DNA of 64,000 nucleotides from an uncultured cyanobacterium (lineage in GTDB: Bacteria > Cyanobacteriota > Cyanobacteriia > Cyanobacteriales > CAWCAG01). Shown here in pieces: positions 31,068-40,286 of the stretch. The notes beneath the pieces are model-generated. The model saw only the letters and a list, made by a program, of their open reading frames with translations. It was not told the DNA's origin and did not search any database. The position numbers were made by a program, and so were the translations under genes. Every line of letters begins with the position of its first letter. The stretch's first letter is position 1. The stretch spans positions 352,001-416,000 of the forward strand of contig CAWDOD010000011.1 in the NCBI GenBank assembly GCA_963803805.1, read 5' to 3'.

Positions 31068-32603
31068 TTACTTAAGAAATACTCCCATACGTCGAGAATC
31101 TCCTACACCAAATAGAGAGTTGTTTGCCGTAACTTCTACGGCATTGACTCCGCCAAAAAACATATTTTTTTCTAGCCATGAAACGATTTGACTAGAGTTG
31201 GGTAATTGGAGGTTATTAATGACTTCTGTATTAGGCATTGGTTCGGCATGAAATAAATCATTTTCCCAATGTACTCTAGGGCTTTCTACTGCTAGCTGAG
31301 AAGTCATTTGAAAATCTATCAAATTAGAAATAACCTGTAATATTGCAGTTCTAATTCGATTAGAACCTCCCGATCCAAGGACAAATTGGGGACTGTTTTC
31401 TTGAAGGATAATGGTAGGAGCCATCATAGAAGTAAGGCGCTGATTTGTTGGCCAATTGTGAAATCCTTGAGGGTTTAAATCTGCTTCACCTAACATATTG
31501 TTAACCATTATTCCTGTACCAGGGATAATATAACCCGAACCTTCCCCATTAGAAGTAGTAACACTAGCAGCATTTCCTAACTCATCAATTACGCTAACAT
31601 GGGTGGTGCTGCCCAATTTATTAAGAGTATTTTGCAAACTTTTTTGATAATTTTGTAAATGGTCTGAAGCAAGAAAGTTATCAGAAAAATCATCTTGTTT
31701 GCTTGCCCGTGCTGTATTTGTTAAACTCATAACTTGAGCCAGAATTTGCAAATGTTCCTGGCTAGAGAATTTGAGATTAGCTAAATTAATTGTTTCTAAT
31801 AATTTTAGGGAAAAACCAATCAAAGTGCCTCCGGAACTAGGGGAGGGATTGGTTATAATTTCGTAGCCACGATAATTTATTTTGAGAGGTTTCCTGACAA
31901 TTACTTGGTAGTTTTGTAAATCTTCTAAGGTTAGATATCCTCCTTGTTCTTGACAATCACTAACTAGCAGTCGAGCAATTTCTCCTTCATAAAATTCCTT
32001 TATACCTTGCCTTGCTAATTCTGTTAAAGTAGTAGCAAAATCTGGTGTTTTGAAAATATTTCCTGCCTGCAATCTTTTTCCTTGAGAGAAAAACAAATTT
32101 CTTGATTCAGGAGAAGTGCTAAGAATTGGTTCGAGAATTGTAAAACAAAAGTCTTGAAACTTGCTAACCTTCACTCCCTTAGTAGCATAATCAATAGCTG
32201 GTTGGGCAACTTCCCAAAAAGGTAACCTACCTAGTTTTTCTTGTATAGCAAATAATCCAGCCATATTACCAGGTACAGCCATTGCTCCTTTGCCAATATG
32301 AAAAATTTGTTTCGCTCCACCAAAGTTAACTTCAACGGGGCGAAAATCAAGGGCTGAGGGAGGCGTTTTGAGCTGTGGAGTTTGGCAAAAAAAGTCAAAT
32401 AAAAGTTGTTGATTATTTTGAGTATGAGCAAGCAGAAAACCTCCTCCGGCGGCTGAAGTTAAACAAGGTTCTACTATAAAAGAAGCCAATACGGCTGCTA
32501 CGGCAGCGTCAAAAGCATTACCTCCTAAAGCAAACATTGCTTGTCCAGCTTCTACCGTTTTCTGATGCCCAGCCGCGATCGCACCACGAGTTTTAGAAAT
32601 CAT
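31068..32603 (-). CDS. ggt: Gamma-glutamyltransferase
   Basis: GGNAFDAAVA, nucleophile STTHVSV, NNMLGE, SMMAP and GSGGSNRI. Confidence 0.92.
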   Translation of the reverse strand: MISKTRGAIAAGHQKTVEAGQAMFALGGNAFDAAVAAVLASFIVEPCLTSAAGGGFLLAHTQNNQQLLFDFFCQTPQLKTPPSALDFRPVEVNFGGAKQIFHIGKGAMAVPGNMAGLFAIQEKLGRLPFWEVAQPAIDYATKGVKVSKFQDFCFTILEPILSTSPESRNLFFSQGKRLQAGNIFKTPDFATTLTELARQGIKEFYEGEIARLLVSDCQEQGGYLTLEDLQNYQVIVRKPLKINYRGYEIITNPSPSSGGTLIGFSLKLLETINLANLKFSSQEHLQILAQVMSLTNTARASKQDDFSDNFLASDHLQNYQKSLQNTLNKLGSTTHVSVIDELGNAASVTTSNGEGSGYIIPGTGIMVNNMLGEADLNPQGFHNWPTNQRLTSMMAPTIILQENSPQFVLGSGGSNRIRTAILQVISNLIDFQMTSQLAVESPRVHWENDLFHAEPMPNTEVINNLQLPNSSQIVSWLEKNMFFGGVNAVEVTANNSLFGVGDSRRMGVFLK

Positions 32604-32660
32604 TTATCATTTATCATTAAACATTTATTGTTTATGATTAATTTTTGGTAATAGCTATAT

Positions 32661-33323
32661 TTATTCAATCTCTGAGTCTTGCTCTTTATTGAGCAAACAT
32701 TGTTGAGAAAACAACTTTATTTTAAATTCACTTAACTCTTTTTCTTGTCGTCTAATCGCTGTTAAATTAGTAGGAACTGTTTCTGCCTTGGCTGCTTGGA
32801 TAATTAACTCTTGAGCTTGTTTATACTCAGTAGAAGAGTTATCTATATCAATATCAGCAAGTAAAGTCACTGCCTCCCTAATTTGTTCTAATTCGGGACG
32901 GGAACTTTCTATCATCTCTTTTAGTTGATCAAGCTTAAAGGTTATTTCCTCCCGGTTCTTTTTGATAGGTTGTTCAGTTAATTTTAATTGATAGAGCTTT
33001 TCTAAAGCAACTTTAATTTTTTCCGGGATTTGTTCTGCATTACTAGCAGCTAATCGAGAAGAAGCAGCTAATAAAATTGGGGAAGCATTTTCTTTGATAT
33101 CTAAGTTGATTTTCGTAGAAGGAAAACCAATTTCTGCACTAGCTATATCCATATTTTCTCTTAATAGTTGGCATTCCTTTTTAAGTTGCTCATTTTGAGC
33201 AATTTGTGCTTCTGCTTGCAATTGTTTTTCTTTTTGGGCTGCGCGATCACAACCAGAGAGGTAAAATGAAGCAAATAATAAGGTGACGAACAAAAAAAAC
33301 TTTTTCAAAAAATAATCAAACAT
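32661..33323 (-). CDS. Hypothetical helical lipoprotein
   Basis: Signal peptide with lipobox LSGC, then a coiled-coil-like body. Confidence 0.7.
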   Translation of the reverse strand: MFDYFLKKFFLFVTLLFASFYLSGCDRAAQKEKQLQAEAQIAQNEQLKKECQLLRENMDIASAEIGFPSTKINLDIKENASPILLAASSRLAASNAEQIPEKIKVALEKLYQLKLTEQPIKKNREEITFKLDQLKEMIESSRPELEQIREAVTLLADIDIDNSSTEYKQAQELIIQAAKAETVPTNLTAIRRQEKELSEFKIKLFSQQCLLNKEQDSEIE

Positions 33324-33420
33324 CGCTTTTTTTATTAATATTCAATCTGCAAGCTTAAAATTAATAGACAAATAACTAAACTAGAATATTGCATTGTCAA
33401 CAACCAGTTACAGGAAACAG

Positions 33421-34038
33421 ATGAACAAATTTCTCAGATTCCCAGTTAAAACCTGGCTTAGCAAATTATCTGTTATTTGTTTTAGTATTATTACTTTAAT
33501 ACTGGTTGGTCAAAAGCAGACTAGTAATGCTTCTAATCCTCCCACCATAGAAATCAATGCTGAATTAGAAGCATTACTAAAAACCATTAAATTAAAGCCC
33601 CAGCTACCTCCTTTAAAAGAAACTTCTCTCTATTTGCCAGAAGTACCTCAAACTATACGTTTAGTACTTAAATTAACAGAACGCAGAGTTTATTTATATC
33701 GAGGCCAAGAAATAAAAGTTAGCTATCCTGTGGCAATTGGCAAGAAGAGTACTCCAACCCCAAAAGGAGAGTATAAAGTAATTCAAATGATTATTGATCC
33801 TGCTTGGGAAAATCCTTGGACAGGAGAAATTTCCCTTCCAGGAAAAGCAAGCCCTCTCGGTTTGAGGTGGATTGGCTTTTGGACAGATGGCAAAGACTAC
33901 ATAGGCTTTCATGGTACTCCCAATCGTGACTCTATTGGTCAAGCCGCTTCTAATGGTTGCCTTAGAATGTTTAACGAAGATGTAGTAGCCCTATTTAAGG
34001 AAGTAGAAATGGGTACTACCGTCATTGTAGAACCTTGA
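33421..34038 (+). CDS. L,D-transpeptidase (YkuD/ErfK family)
   Basis: YPVAIGK..TPTP.G and GFHGT...ASNGCLRM. Confidence 0.92.
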   Translation: MNKFLRFPVKTWLSKLSVICFSIITLILVGQKQTSNASNPPTIEINAELEALLKTIKLKPQLPPLKETSLYLPEVPQTIRLVLKLTERRVYLYRGQEIKVSYPVAIGKKSTPTPKGEYKVIQMIIDPAWENPWTGEISLPGKASPLGLRWIGFWTDGKDYIGFHGTPNRDSIGQAASNGCLRMFNEDVVALFKEVEMGTTVIVEP

Positions 34039-34065
34039 GAGGAGATGATGATTAATGAATTTGTA

Positions 34066-35043
34066 CTATTTCTGTGCCATCCCTTGAGAATAATCATTAA
34101 TCACCAATCGCCAATTATTTCTATTTCCTAAATCAAGAAAATAACCTTGATGTTTTTGCCATTCTTGCCATTTTTGATAGCGTTTGTTTTGTAGAGATTC
34201 AGTCAAAGTTGGTAGATATTTTTCCACCTTGCCATCACAACAGTCATTTAAAAAATTCTTCAAAACAAAACTATCTTGAAACTCTCCTAACACCCCTTGC
34301 ATATCTTTAACTCGCTCAAGATAAGCTTGATATTCATCGCCATAAAATTGCGTAAATAAATCCATTTGGTAGCGAGTCTTTTTCCCTCGTTTACGCAGTT
34401 TGTGCAGTTTCTCTTCCTGAGTTGCTAAAATCTCTTCAACTTGCTTTCGCTCTAACTCTTCAGGAAAAATACATTCTCCCCCTTGCACTTTAACTCCCAC
34501 TAACCAAGCTGGATCAAGAAGTAATTGACTAACTTGAGGCAAAAGCAAATCTGGTAAAATCTGCTTAACCTCTAAAGCGGCGATCGCCTGAAATTGAGGT
34601 TCTTGTAACCAATCTTGAAATGATTTTTGTAGCTTCTGGTATTTTTTTCCTTGAAGAGTAGCTTCAACTTCTTTAAAAGTTGTACGACGTTGCTTTGCTA
34701 ACCGTTTAAAAATTTTATCTAAATGCTTTCTTTCGGCTTTAGGTAGCTCTGAATAATAACCTTCTTGCAAAGTCTTCTGCAAAACATCAAGATCTCGCAA
34801 CTCTCCTAACTTACGGGCGATATGGGCAACGTTTTTTTCCCTAGCTGCTTTAGGTAAATCAATTGCCGGAGCAAAACCACTAATAGCACTGCGTAAACGT
34901 CGCATACCAATACGCATTTTATGTAATTTTTCCGGATTTTTGTCTGCCAATACCCCTGCTTCATATTTACTCATTTTACGGAAATGTTTGGCGATCGCTA
35001 AATAAGCCCAATCTCCAAATGTTTTGCTTTTTTGGCCAGACAT
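34066..35043 (-). CDS. CHAD domain protein (polyphosphate-binding)
   Basis: LHKMRIGMRRLRS, LGELRDLDV, LHKLRK..K..RY and LGEFQD. Confidence 0.9.
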   Translation of the reverse strand: MSGQKSKTFGDWAYLAIAKHFRKMSKYEAGVLADKNPEKLHKMRIGMRRLRSAISGFAPAIDLPKAAREKNVAHIARKLGELRDLDVLQKTLQEGYYSELPKAERKHLDKIFKRLAKQRRTTFKEVEATLQGKKYQKLQKSFQDWLQEPQFQAIAALEVKQILPDLLLPQVSQLLLDPAWLVGVKVQGGECIFPEELERKQVEEILATQEEKLHKLRKRGKKTRYQMDLFTQFYGDEYQAYLERVKDMQGVLGEFQDSFVLKNFLNDCCDGKVEKYLPTLTESLQNKRYQKWQEWQKHQGYFLDLGNRNNWRLVINDYSQGMAQK

Positions 35044-35100
35044 TCTTGCAATTATTTGATGACATCGGCTTAATTATAAGTTCAATCTTTCTCCTTTCAA

Positions 35101-35952
35101 CTAACCGTTCAAAATTTCACCATGGTGACGTAGATGATCAGCAATAAAACTACTCACAAAGAAGTAACCATGATCGTATCCCTCGTGATAGCGTAAATTC
35201 ACAGCTTGACCAACTTCTTCACAAGCTTGGGCAAATACTTCAGGTTTTAATTCATTATCCAAGAAAAAAGAATCCGCTTTACCTTGATCGAGCAAAATTA
35301 AAGTATTAAGCTGAGTTTGCTTAACCAACTCCGTAGCATCGTAAGCCTGCCAATGGTTGCGATCCGTACCTAAATAACTAGTAAATACTTGTGGCCCCAA
35401 TGTAGTAGATATTGGGGCAGCAATGGGGGCAAAAGCAGAAACGGATTGATACATTCCGGGATTTTTCAAAGCACAAATTAATGCCCCGTGACCTCCCATA
35501 GAATGCCCAAAAATGCCTTGCTTTTTTGGTTTAACAGAAAAATTCGCCGCGATTAAATCTGGTAATTCTTGCACAACATAACTATACATTTGATAGTGCT
35601 TTTGCCAAGGTGCAACGGTAGCATCAAGATAAAAACCAGCACCAGTACCCAAAAACCATTCTTCATCTTCTCCTGGAGTATTGGTATTGCGGGGGCTAGT
35701 ATCAGGAGCAACCAACATCAAGCCATACTCCGCTGCCCAGCGTTGCGCCCCAGCTTTTATGGTGAAATTATCTTCTGTGCAGGTTAAACCAGAAAGATAG
35801 TAAAGTATAGGCACAGGTTGAAATTGGGCTTGGGGAGGGAGATAAACTGCAAAATTCATCTCGCAGTTGCAGGTTTGAGATTGGTGGCTGTAGTAAGCGA
35901 CTTTACCACCAAAACAACGGTGTTCCTGTTTTAGGTTTAGGGAATTGGTCAT
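35101..35952 (-). CDS. fghA: S-formylglutathione hydrolase
   Basis: LSGLTCT, GHSMGGHGA and GYDHGYFF. Confidence 0.94.
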   Translation of the reverse strand: MTNSLNLKQEHRCFGGKVAYYSHQSQTCNCEMNFAVYLPPQAQFQPVPILYYLSGLTCTEDNFTIKAGAQRWAAEYGLMLVAPDTSPRNTNTPGEDEEWFLGTGAGFYLDATVAPWQKHYQMYSYVVQELPDLIAANFSVKPKKQGIFGHSMGGHGALICALKNPGMYQSVSAFAPIAAPISTTLGPQVFTSYLGTDRNHWQAYDATELVKQTQLNTLILLDQGKADSFFLDNELKPEVFAQACEEVGQAVNLRYHEGYDHGYFFVSSFIADHLRHHGEILNG

Positions 35953-36001
35953 ATAAAGAAGGATTCACTAAAAATCATTGAAGTGATTTATGTGTGGCAT
36001 T

Positions 36002-38032
36002 TTATCTTGCTGGGGGCAAACTTAACTGAGGTTGTTCCCGAACAACGGTAACTTTCGGACTAGCTTTGAGATTAGTAACCTCATCTTCTAAAAGCCATTG
36101 ACGAATCAATCTTGCTGCTGCCCTTTGAGCCAAACCGCTAGCAATTTTTTGTCCCATCGCTTGAGTTTCTGGTTTTGTTAATAACTTTGGTATCAGGTTT
36201 AAAACAGTATTAGCTTCAAAACCAGGGGTTTCTTGTAAAATCCCCCAAATACGCTTGATATGTTCTAGGCTTTGGGAATTATCCTCTAAATCAGGAGGAG
36301 TTTCCTGTACTGCCATACCAATTTGTTGCCGTAACCCAGAAGAAAAATTAAACCAACTCCTCCTGCCTAAAGTATCCAAAGCTTTAACAATCTCACTAGT
36401 TAAGCGCTCGCGGATGAAATCACCTCGCGCAGAAAAGAGAAAATCTAAAGCTTGATCAAGAACATTAGCAAAATCATAATCCTGACTGCTACGGGCATTA
36501 AGAAGAAGATTTTCTAAACGGTTCCAACGAAAGCTACCATCTTGGAAAAGCAGATCCCGCAAAGAAGAGCGTAACTCCTGGGAAGGATCAGTAAGCAGGC
36601 GCTTGGCGATGTAAGGATAGGCTTTACTTAATACTTTGAAGTTGGGGTCAATATTAATAGCTATACCTTCGAGAGTGACCATAGAGCGGATAATCAGAGC
36701 ATAATAAGCTGGTACTCGGAAGGGAAATTCGTACATCATATTGGACATTTGGTCAGTGATGCTTTTAAAGTTTAATTCTGCAACACTGGCTCCCAGAGCA
36801 TTATTAAACACCCCAGCTAAAGCAGGAATAATAGGTCTAAGGTCAGTATCCGGAGTCAAAAACTCCAAGTTGACATAATCGTGGGCGAGGGCTTCAAAAT
36901 CTCTATTAACGAGGTGAACCACAGCCTCAATTAAACCGTAGCGTTGATGGGGCTTAATGGTACTCATCATACCGAAATCCAGGTAAGCAAGTTTACCATC
37001 GGGGGTGGCTAATAAATTACCAGGATGGGGATCGGCATGGAAAAAACCATGTTCTAATAACTGCCGCAAGGAACACTCAACTCCCACTTCCACTAAATGA
37101 GCAGCATCAATACCTTGAGCTTGAATTGCTGTGAGGTTCGTTAACTTTGTTCCCACTATCCATTCCATAGTTAGGACACGTTTGCCAGTATAATCCCAAT
37201 GAATTTGGGGAATATAAATTTCTGGTAAATAATCGTATAATTCGGCGAAACGCTCAGCATTTCGTCCTTCTAAAGAGTAGTCCAGTTCTTCATAAATCCT
37301 TGCGGCTAGTTCATCTGTGATACCAACTAAATCACTACGTACCCTCTTAATATTATTTTGCGCCCACTGTGCAAGGTTACGCATCAGGTAAATATCTAAA
37401 GCCACCCTTTCGAGCAAATCAGGACGTTGCACCTTAACCGCAACATCTTCTCCAGTTTTGAGCTTACCTTTATAAACTTGTCCCAAGGAAGCCGCCGCCA
37501 CAGGATCAGGAGAAAGTTGGGCATAAATTTCGTGGGGATGCTTTCCTAATTCTTCCTCAATTAACTGAAAAGCAACTTCATTGGGAAAAGGAGGTAGCTG
37601 ATCTTGTAGCTTAACTAGCTCTTCAAGGTAAGTTGGTGGTAGTAAATCAGGGCGTGTAGAAAGGGCTTGGCCAATTTTGATGTAAGTGGGACCGAGGGAA
37701 GTGATCACCTCTCTTAATTTAACTGCTCGCCGTCGGCTATTTTTCGCCACTTGACCCGTGATTTTGTCTAACCATAGCTTGATCCCAAAAGAAAGAAATG
37801 GGGCAATAATCGCCACTGCTCTTCCTAATACTTTCAGAGGACGACAGCGATAATGTTGTTTAATTAAATTGGGATCGTAACGCTCGACTGTAGAGAGGGG
37901 AAACCCAAGAACAACTCGCCCTTCGTCTTGGGGAGGCGATGGTAGCGAATCTGGATTTATCTCTAGATTTGCCTGGGTAATAGGAACTGATTTTTTTTTA
38001 TATGAAGCTAAGGATAAATTGTTCTCTTTCAT
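36002..38032 (-). CDS. ABC1/AarF/UbiB atypical kinase
   Basis: LGPTYIKIGQ, AAASLGQVY, VAVKVQRP, FFHADPHPGN and DFGMM. Confidence 0.94.
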   Translation of the reverse strand: MKENNLSLASYKKKSVPITQANLEINPDSLPSPPQDEGRVVLGFPLSTVERYDPNLIKQHYRCRPLKVLGRAVAIIAPFLSFGIKLWLDKITGQVAKNSRRRAVKLREVITSLGPTYIKIGQALSTRPDLLPPTYLEELVKLQDQLPPFPNEVAFQLIEEELGKHPHEIYAQLSPDPVAAASLGQVYKGKLKTGEDVAVKVQRPDLLERVALDIYLMRNLAQWAQNNIKRVRSDLVGITDELAARIYEELDYSLEGRNAERFAELYDYLPEIYIPQIHWDYTGKRVLTMEWIVGTKLTNLTAIQAQGIDAAHLVEVGVECSLRQLLEHGFFHADPHPGNLLATPDGKLAYLDFGMMSTIKPHQRYGLIEAVVHLVNRDFEALAHDYVNLEFLTPDTDLRPIIPALAGVFNNALGASVAELNFKSITDQMSNMMYEFPFRVPAYYALIIRSMVTLEGIAINIDPNFKVLSKAYPYIAKRLLTDPSQELRSSLRDLLFQDGSFRWNRLENLLLNARSSQDYDFANVLDQALDFLFSARGDFIRERLTSEIVKALDTLGRRSWFNFSSGLRQQIGMAVQETPPDLEDNSQSLEHIKRIWGILQETPGFEANTVLNLIPKLLTKPETQAMGQKIASGLAQRAAARLIRQWLLEDEVTNLKASPKVTVVREQPQLSLPPAR

Positions 38033-38170
38033 AATTTTTAAATTAACTAACGCGAGCTTTTTCCCCTGTGAAGTATTGTAACAATCCTAGTTATCAACGT
38101 TAGTATGAAAAAAACTTTTCCTCTACGGTGATTCCTATAACTTTAGAAATAGATTTTGAACTGAAATTAA

Positions 38171-39970
38171 ATGCTTCTTTCCTTGCAAATCCGTAATTTT
38201 GCTTTGATTGACCAGCTAGAAGTGGATTTGGGAGCTGGTATCAATGTCTTAACTGGTGAAACTGGTGCGGGTAAGTCAATTATTCTCGATGCCATTGATG
38301 TTGTCTTAGGAGGGAGAGTAAATAATCGCTTAATTCGCAGTGGCACTAAAAAAGCCATGGTAGAAGCAACCTTCCAAATAGATAGTACTTTGGAACAATG
38401 GTTACAGGAGCAAGAAATTGATCCCCTAGACGAAGGGAGTCTTATTTGTTGTCGAGAAATTGCTGTTGGTAAAGGTAGCCTGCGCTCGCGCTCTCGCGTT
38501 AATGGTGTTCTGGTTAATCGTGCTTTCATGGAACAATTGCGCCCCCGTCTAGTAGAAATTACTGCCCAAGGGCAAACTGTACAGTTAATGGTTCCAGCTA
38601 TTCAGCGACAACTCCTAGATTATTATGGCGGGGAACCCCTCCTTAAACAGAGACAAAAAGTAGGTAAGGCTTATAAAGTTTATCAAGAAGCACAACAAGC
38701 TCTTGTAAAACGTCGTCAATCGGAGCAAGAACGCTTGCAAAGGCTAGATTGGCTAGAATATCAAACCCAGGAATTAACAGCAGCCAACCTAGATGATGCC
38801 GACGAATTAACCAAATTAGAAATAGAACGAGACAGACTTTCTCATGTAGTTGAATTACAAAACCTTAGTTATAAAACCTACCAACTGCTTTATCAAAATG
38901 ATAGTGATGGCGTAGCGGCGGCAGATCTATTAGGCCAAGGAGAAGGTATTTTAACGGAGATGGCAGAATATGACCGTAGCTTGGAACCCCTTTTAGAAAG
39001 CGTTAAGGGGGCTTTGATGGAAATTGTCGCCGCCGGACAGCAAATTAATGCCTACGGAGATAGTCTCGAAACAGATCCTCAGCAACTAGAGATCTTAGAA
39101 GAAAGGGTTAGCCTCCTCAAACAAATTTGTCGTAAATATGGCCCCAACCTTCCCGAAGTGATCGCCTATTATCAAAAGCTTCAAGAAGAACTAGAAGAAC
39201 TCACTGATGATAGCCAAGCCCTAGAGGTATTAGAACAAGAATACGCTCAATGTCAGGAAAAGTTAACCAAAGACTGCCAAAAATTAACTAAATTACGACA
39301 AAAAGCGGCGGTGCAGTTAGAAAAAAGATTAATCGCTGAACTTAAACCTTTAGCCATGGAAAAAGTACAATTTGAGTGCCGAATCACCCCCACTGAACCG
39401 ACTTCTTCCGGTGGGGATCGCATTGTTTTCTACTTTAGTCCTAATCCTGGTGAAAATGTCCAGCCCCTAGCCTCAACTGCTTCAGGAGGGGAAATGAGCC
39501 GCTTTTTATTGGCCCTAAAAGCTTGTTTTACCAATTCACAAGACAATGGTGCTACTCTCGTTTTTGATGAAATTGATACTGGGGTTTCTGGTAGAGTAGC
39601 TCAAGCGATTGCTGAAAAACTCCATCAATTAAGCAAACATCACCAAATTCTCTGTGTTACCCATCAACCCTTAATTGCAGCCATGGCAGATGTTCACTTC
39701 CGAGTAGACAAAGAAGTGATTGATCCCTTACCTTTAGTGGCAAGAAAAACCAAGAGTAACAAAACCTCCAAAAGTGACTTTGTTGCAGAAATACCAGAGA
39801 TTCGCACTGTGGTTCGCCTTACTAGCTTAAAAGACAGCCTGCGCCGTAAAGAAGAACTAGCTCAATTAGCTGGGGGAAAATCGGCTCAAGACGCTATGGC
39901 TTTTGCTGAGTCCCTACTCTCCAAAGCCGCAGCTCATCGCCAAGAGCATAAATTAGTAATTAGTGATTAA
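38171..39970 (+). CDS. recN: DNA repair protein RecN
   Basis: GETGAGKS, ASGGEMSR, FDEIDTG and CVTHQP. Confidence 0.96.
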   Translation: MLLSLQIRNFALIDQLEVDLGAGINVLTGETGAGKSIILDAIDVVLGGRVNNRLIRSGTKKAMVEATFQIDSTLEQWLQEQEIDPLDEGSLICCREIAVGKGSLRSRSRVNGVLVNRAFMEQLRPRLVEITAQGQTVQLMVPAIQRQLLDYYGGEPLLKQRQKVGKAYKVYQEAQQALVKRRQSEQERLQRLDWLEYQTQELTAANLDDADELTKLEIERDRLSHVVELQNLSYKTYQLLYQNDSDGVAAADLLGQGEGILTEMAEYDRSLEPLLESVKGALMEIVAAGQQINAYGDSLETDPQQLEILEERVSLLKQICRKYGPNLPEVIAYYQKLQEELEELTDDSQALEVLEQEYAQCQEKLTKDCQKLTKLRQKAAVQLEKRLIAELKPLAMEKVQFECRITPTEPTSSGGDRIVFYFSPNPGENVQPLASTASGGEMSRFLLALKACFTNSQDNGATLVFDEIDTGVSGRVAQAIAEKLHQLSKHHQILCVTHQPLIAAMADVHFRVDKEVIDPLPLVARKTKSNKTSKSDFVAEIPEIRTVVRLTSLKDSLRRKEELAQLAGGKSAQDAMAFAESLLSKAAAHRQEHKLVISD

Positions 39971-40227
39971 AAATGGGAAAAATGAAGTTAAGGGCAGAAA
40001 AACTAGGTAATAAATTAAGCTCTGGCACAATTGTTTCCCCTTAGCATCTACGAAATTAGCCAGAAAGGACATTGATAGTAACCAAGGCAAACTAATATTA
40101 ATAATACTGTTGCCAAAATACCAAAGTTAAATTAGTGTTCAAAATAAATTCACAAGAGTAAACTAGGGATTAGTTTCTCCATTACTAACCCGTGGAAAGC
40201 TCTTAACTGGATAGTTAATTTCCTTTA

Positions 40228-40259
40228 AAGTACTCTCAAGCTTACTTAAGTACTCTCAA
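40228..40259 (+). promoter_or_regulatory. 12-bp direct repeat AAGTACTCTCAA (20-bp period) upstream of cyaB2
   Basis: Identical copies at 40228-40239 and 40248-40259. Regulatory role is inferred only. Confidence 0.35.
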
Positions 40260-40286
40260 TCCTCACCCAAGTTTTCGTGAAGAGAT

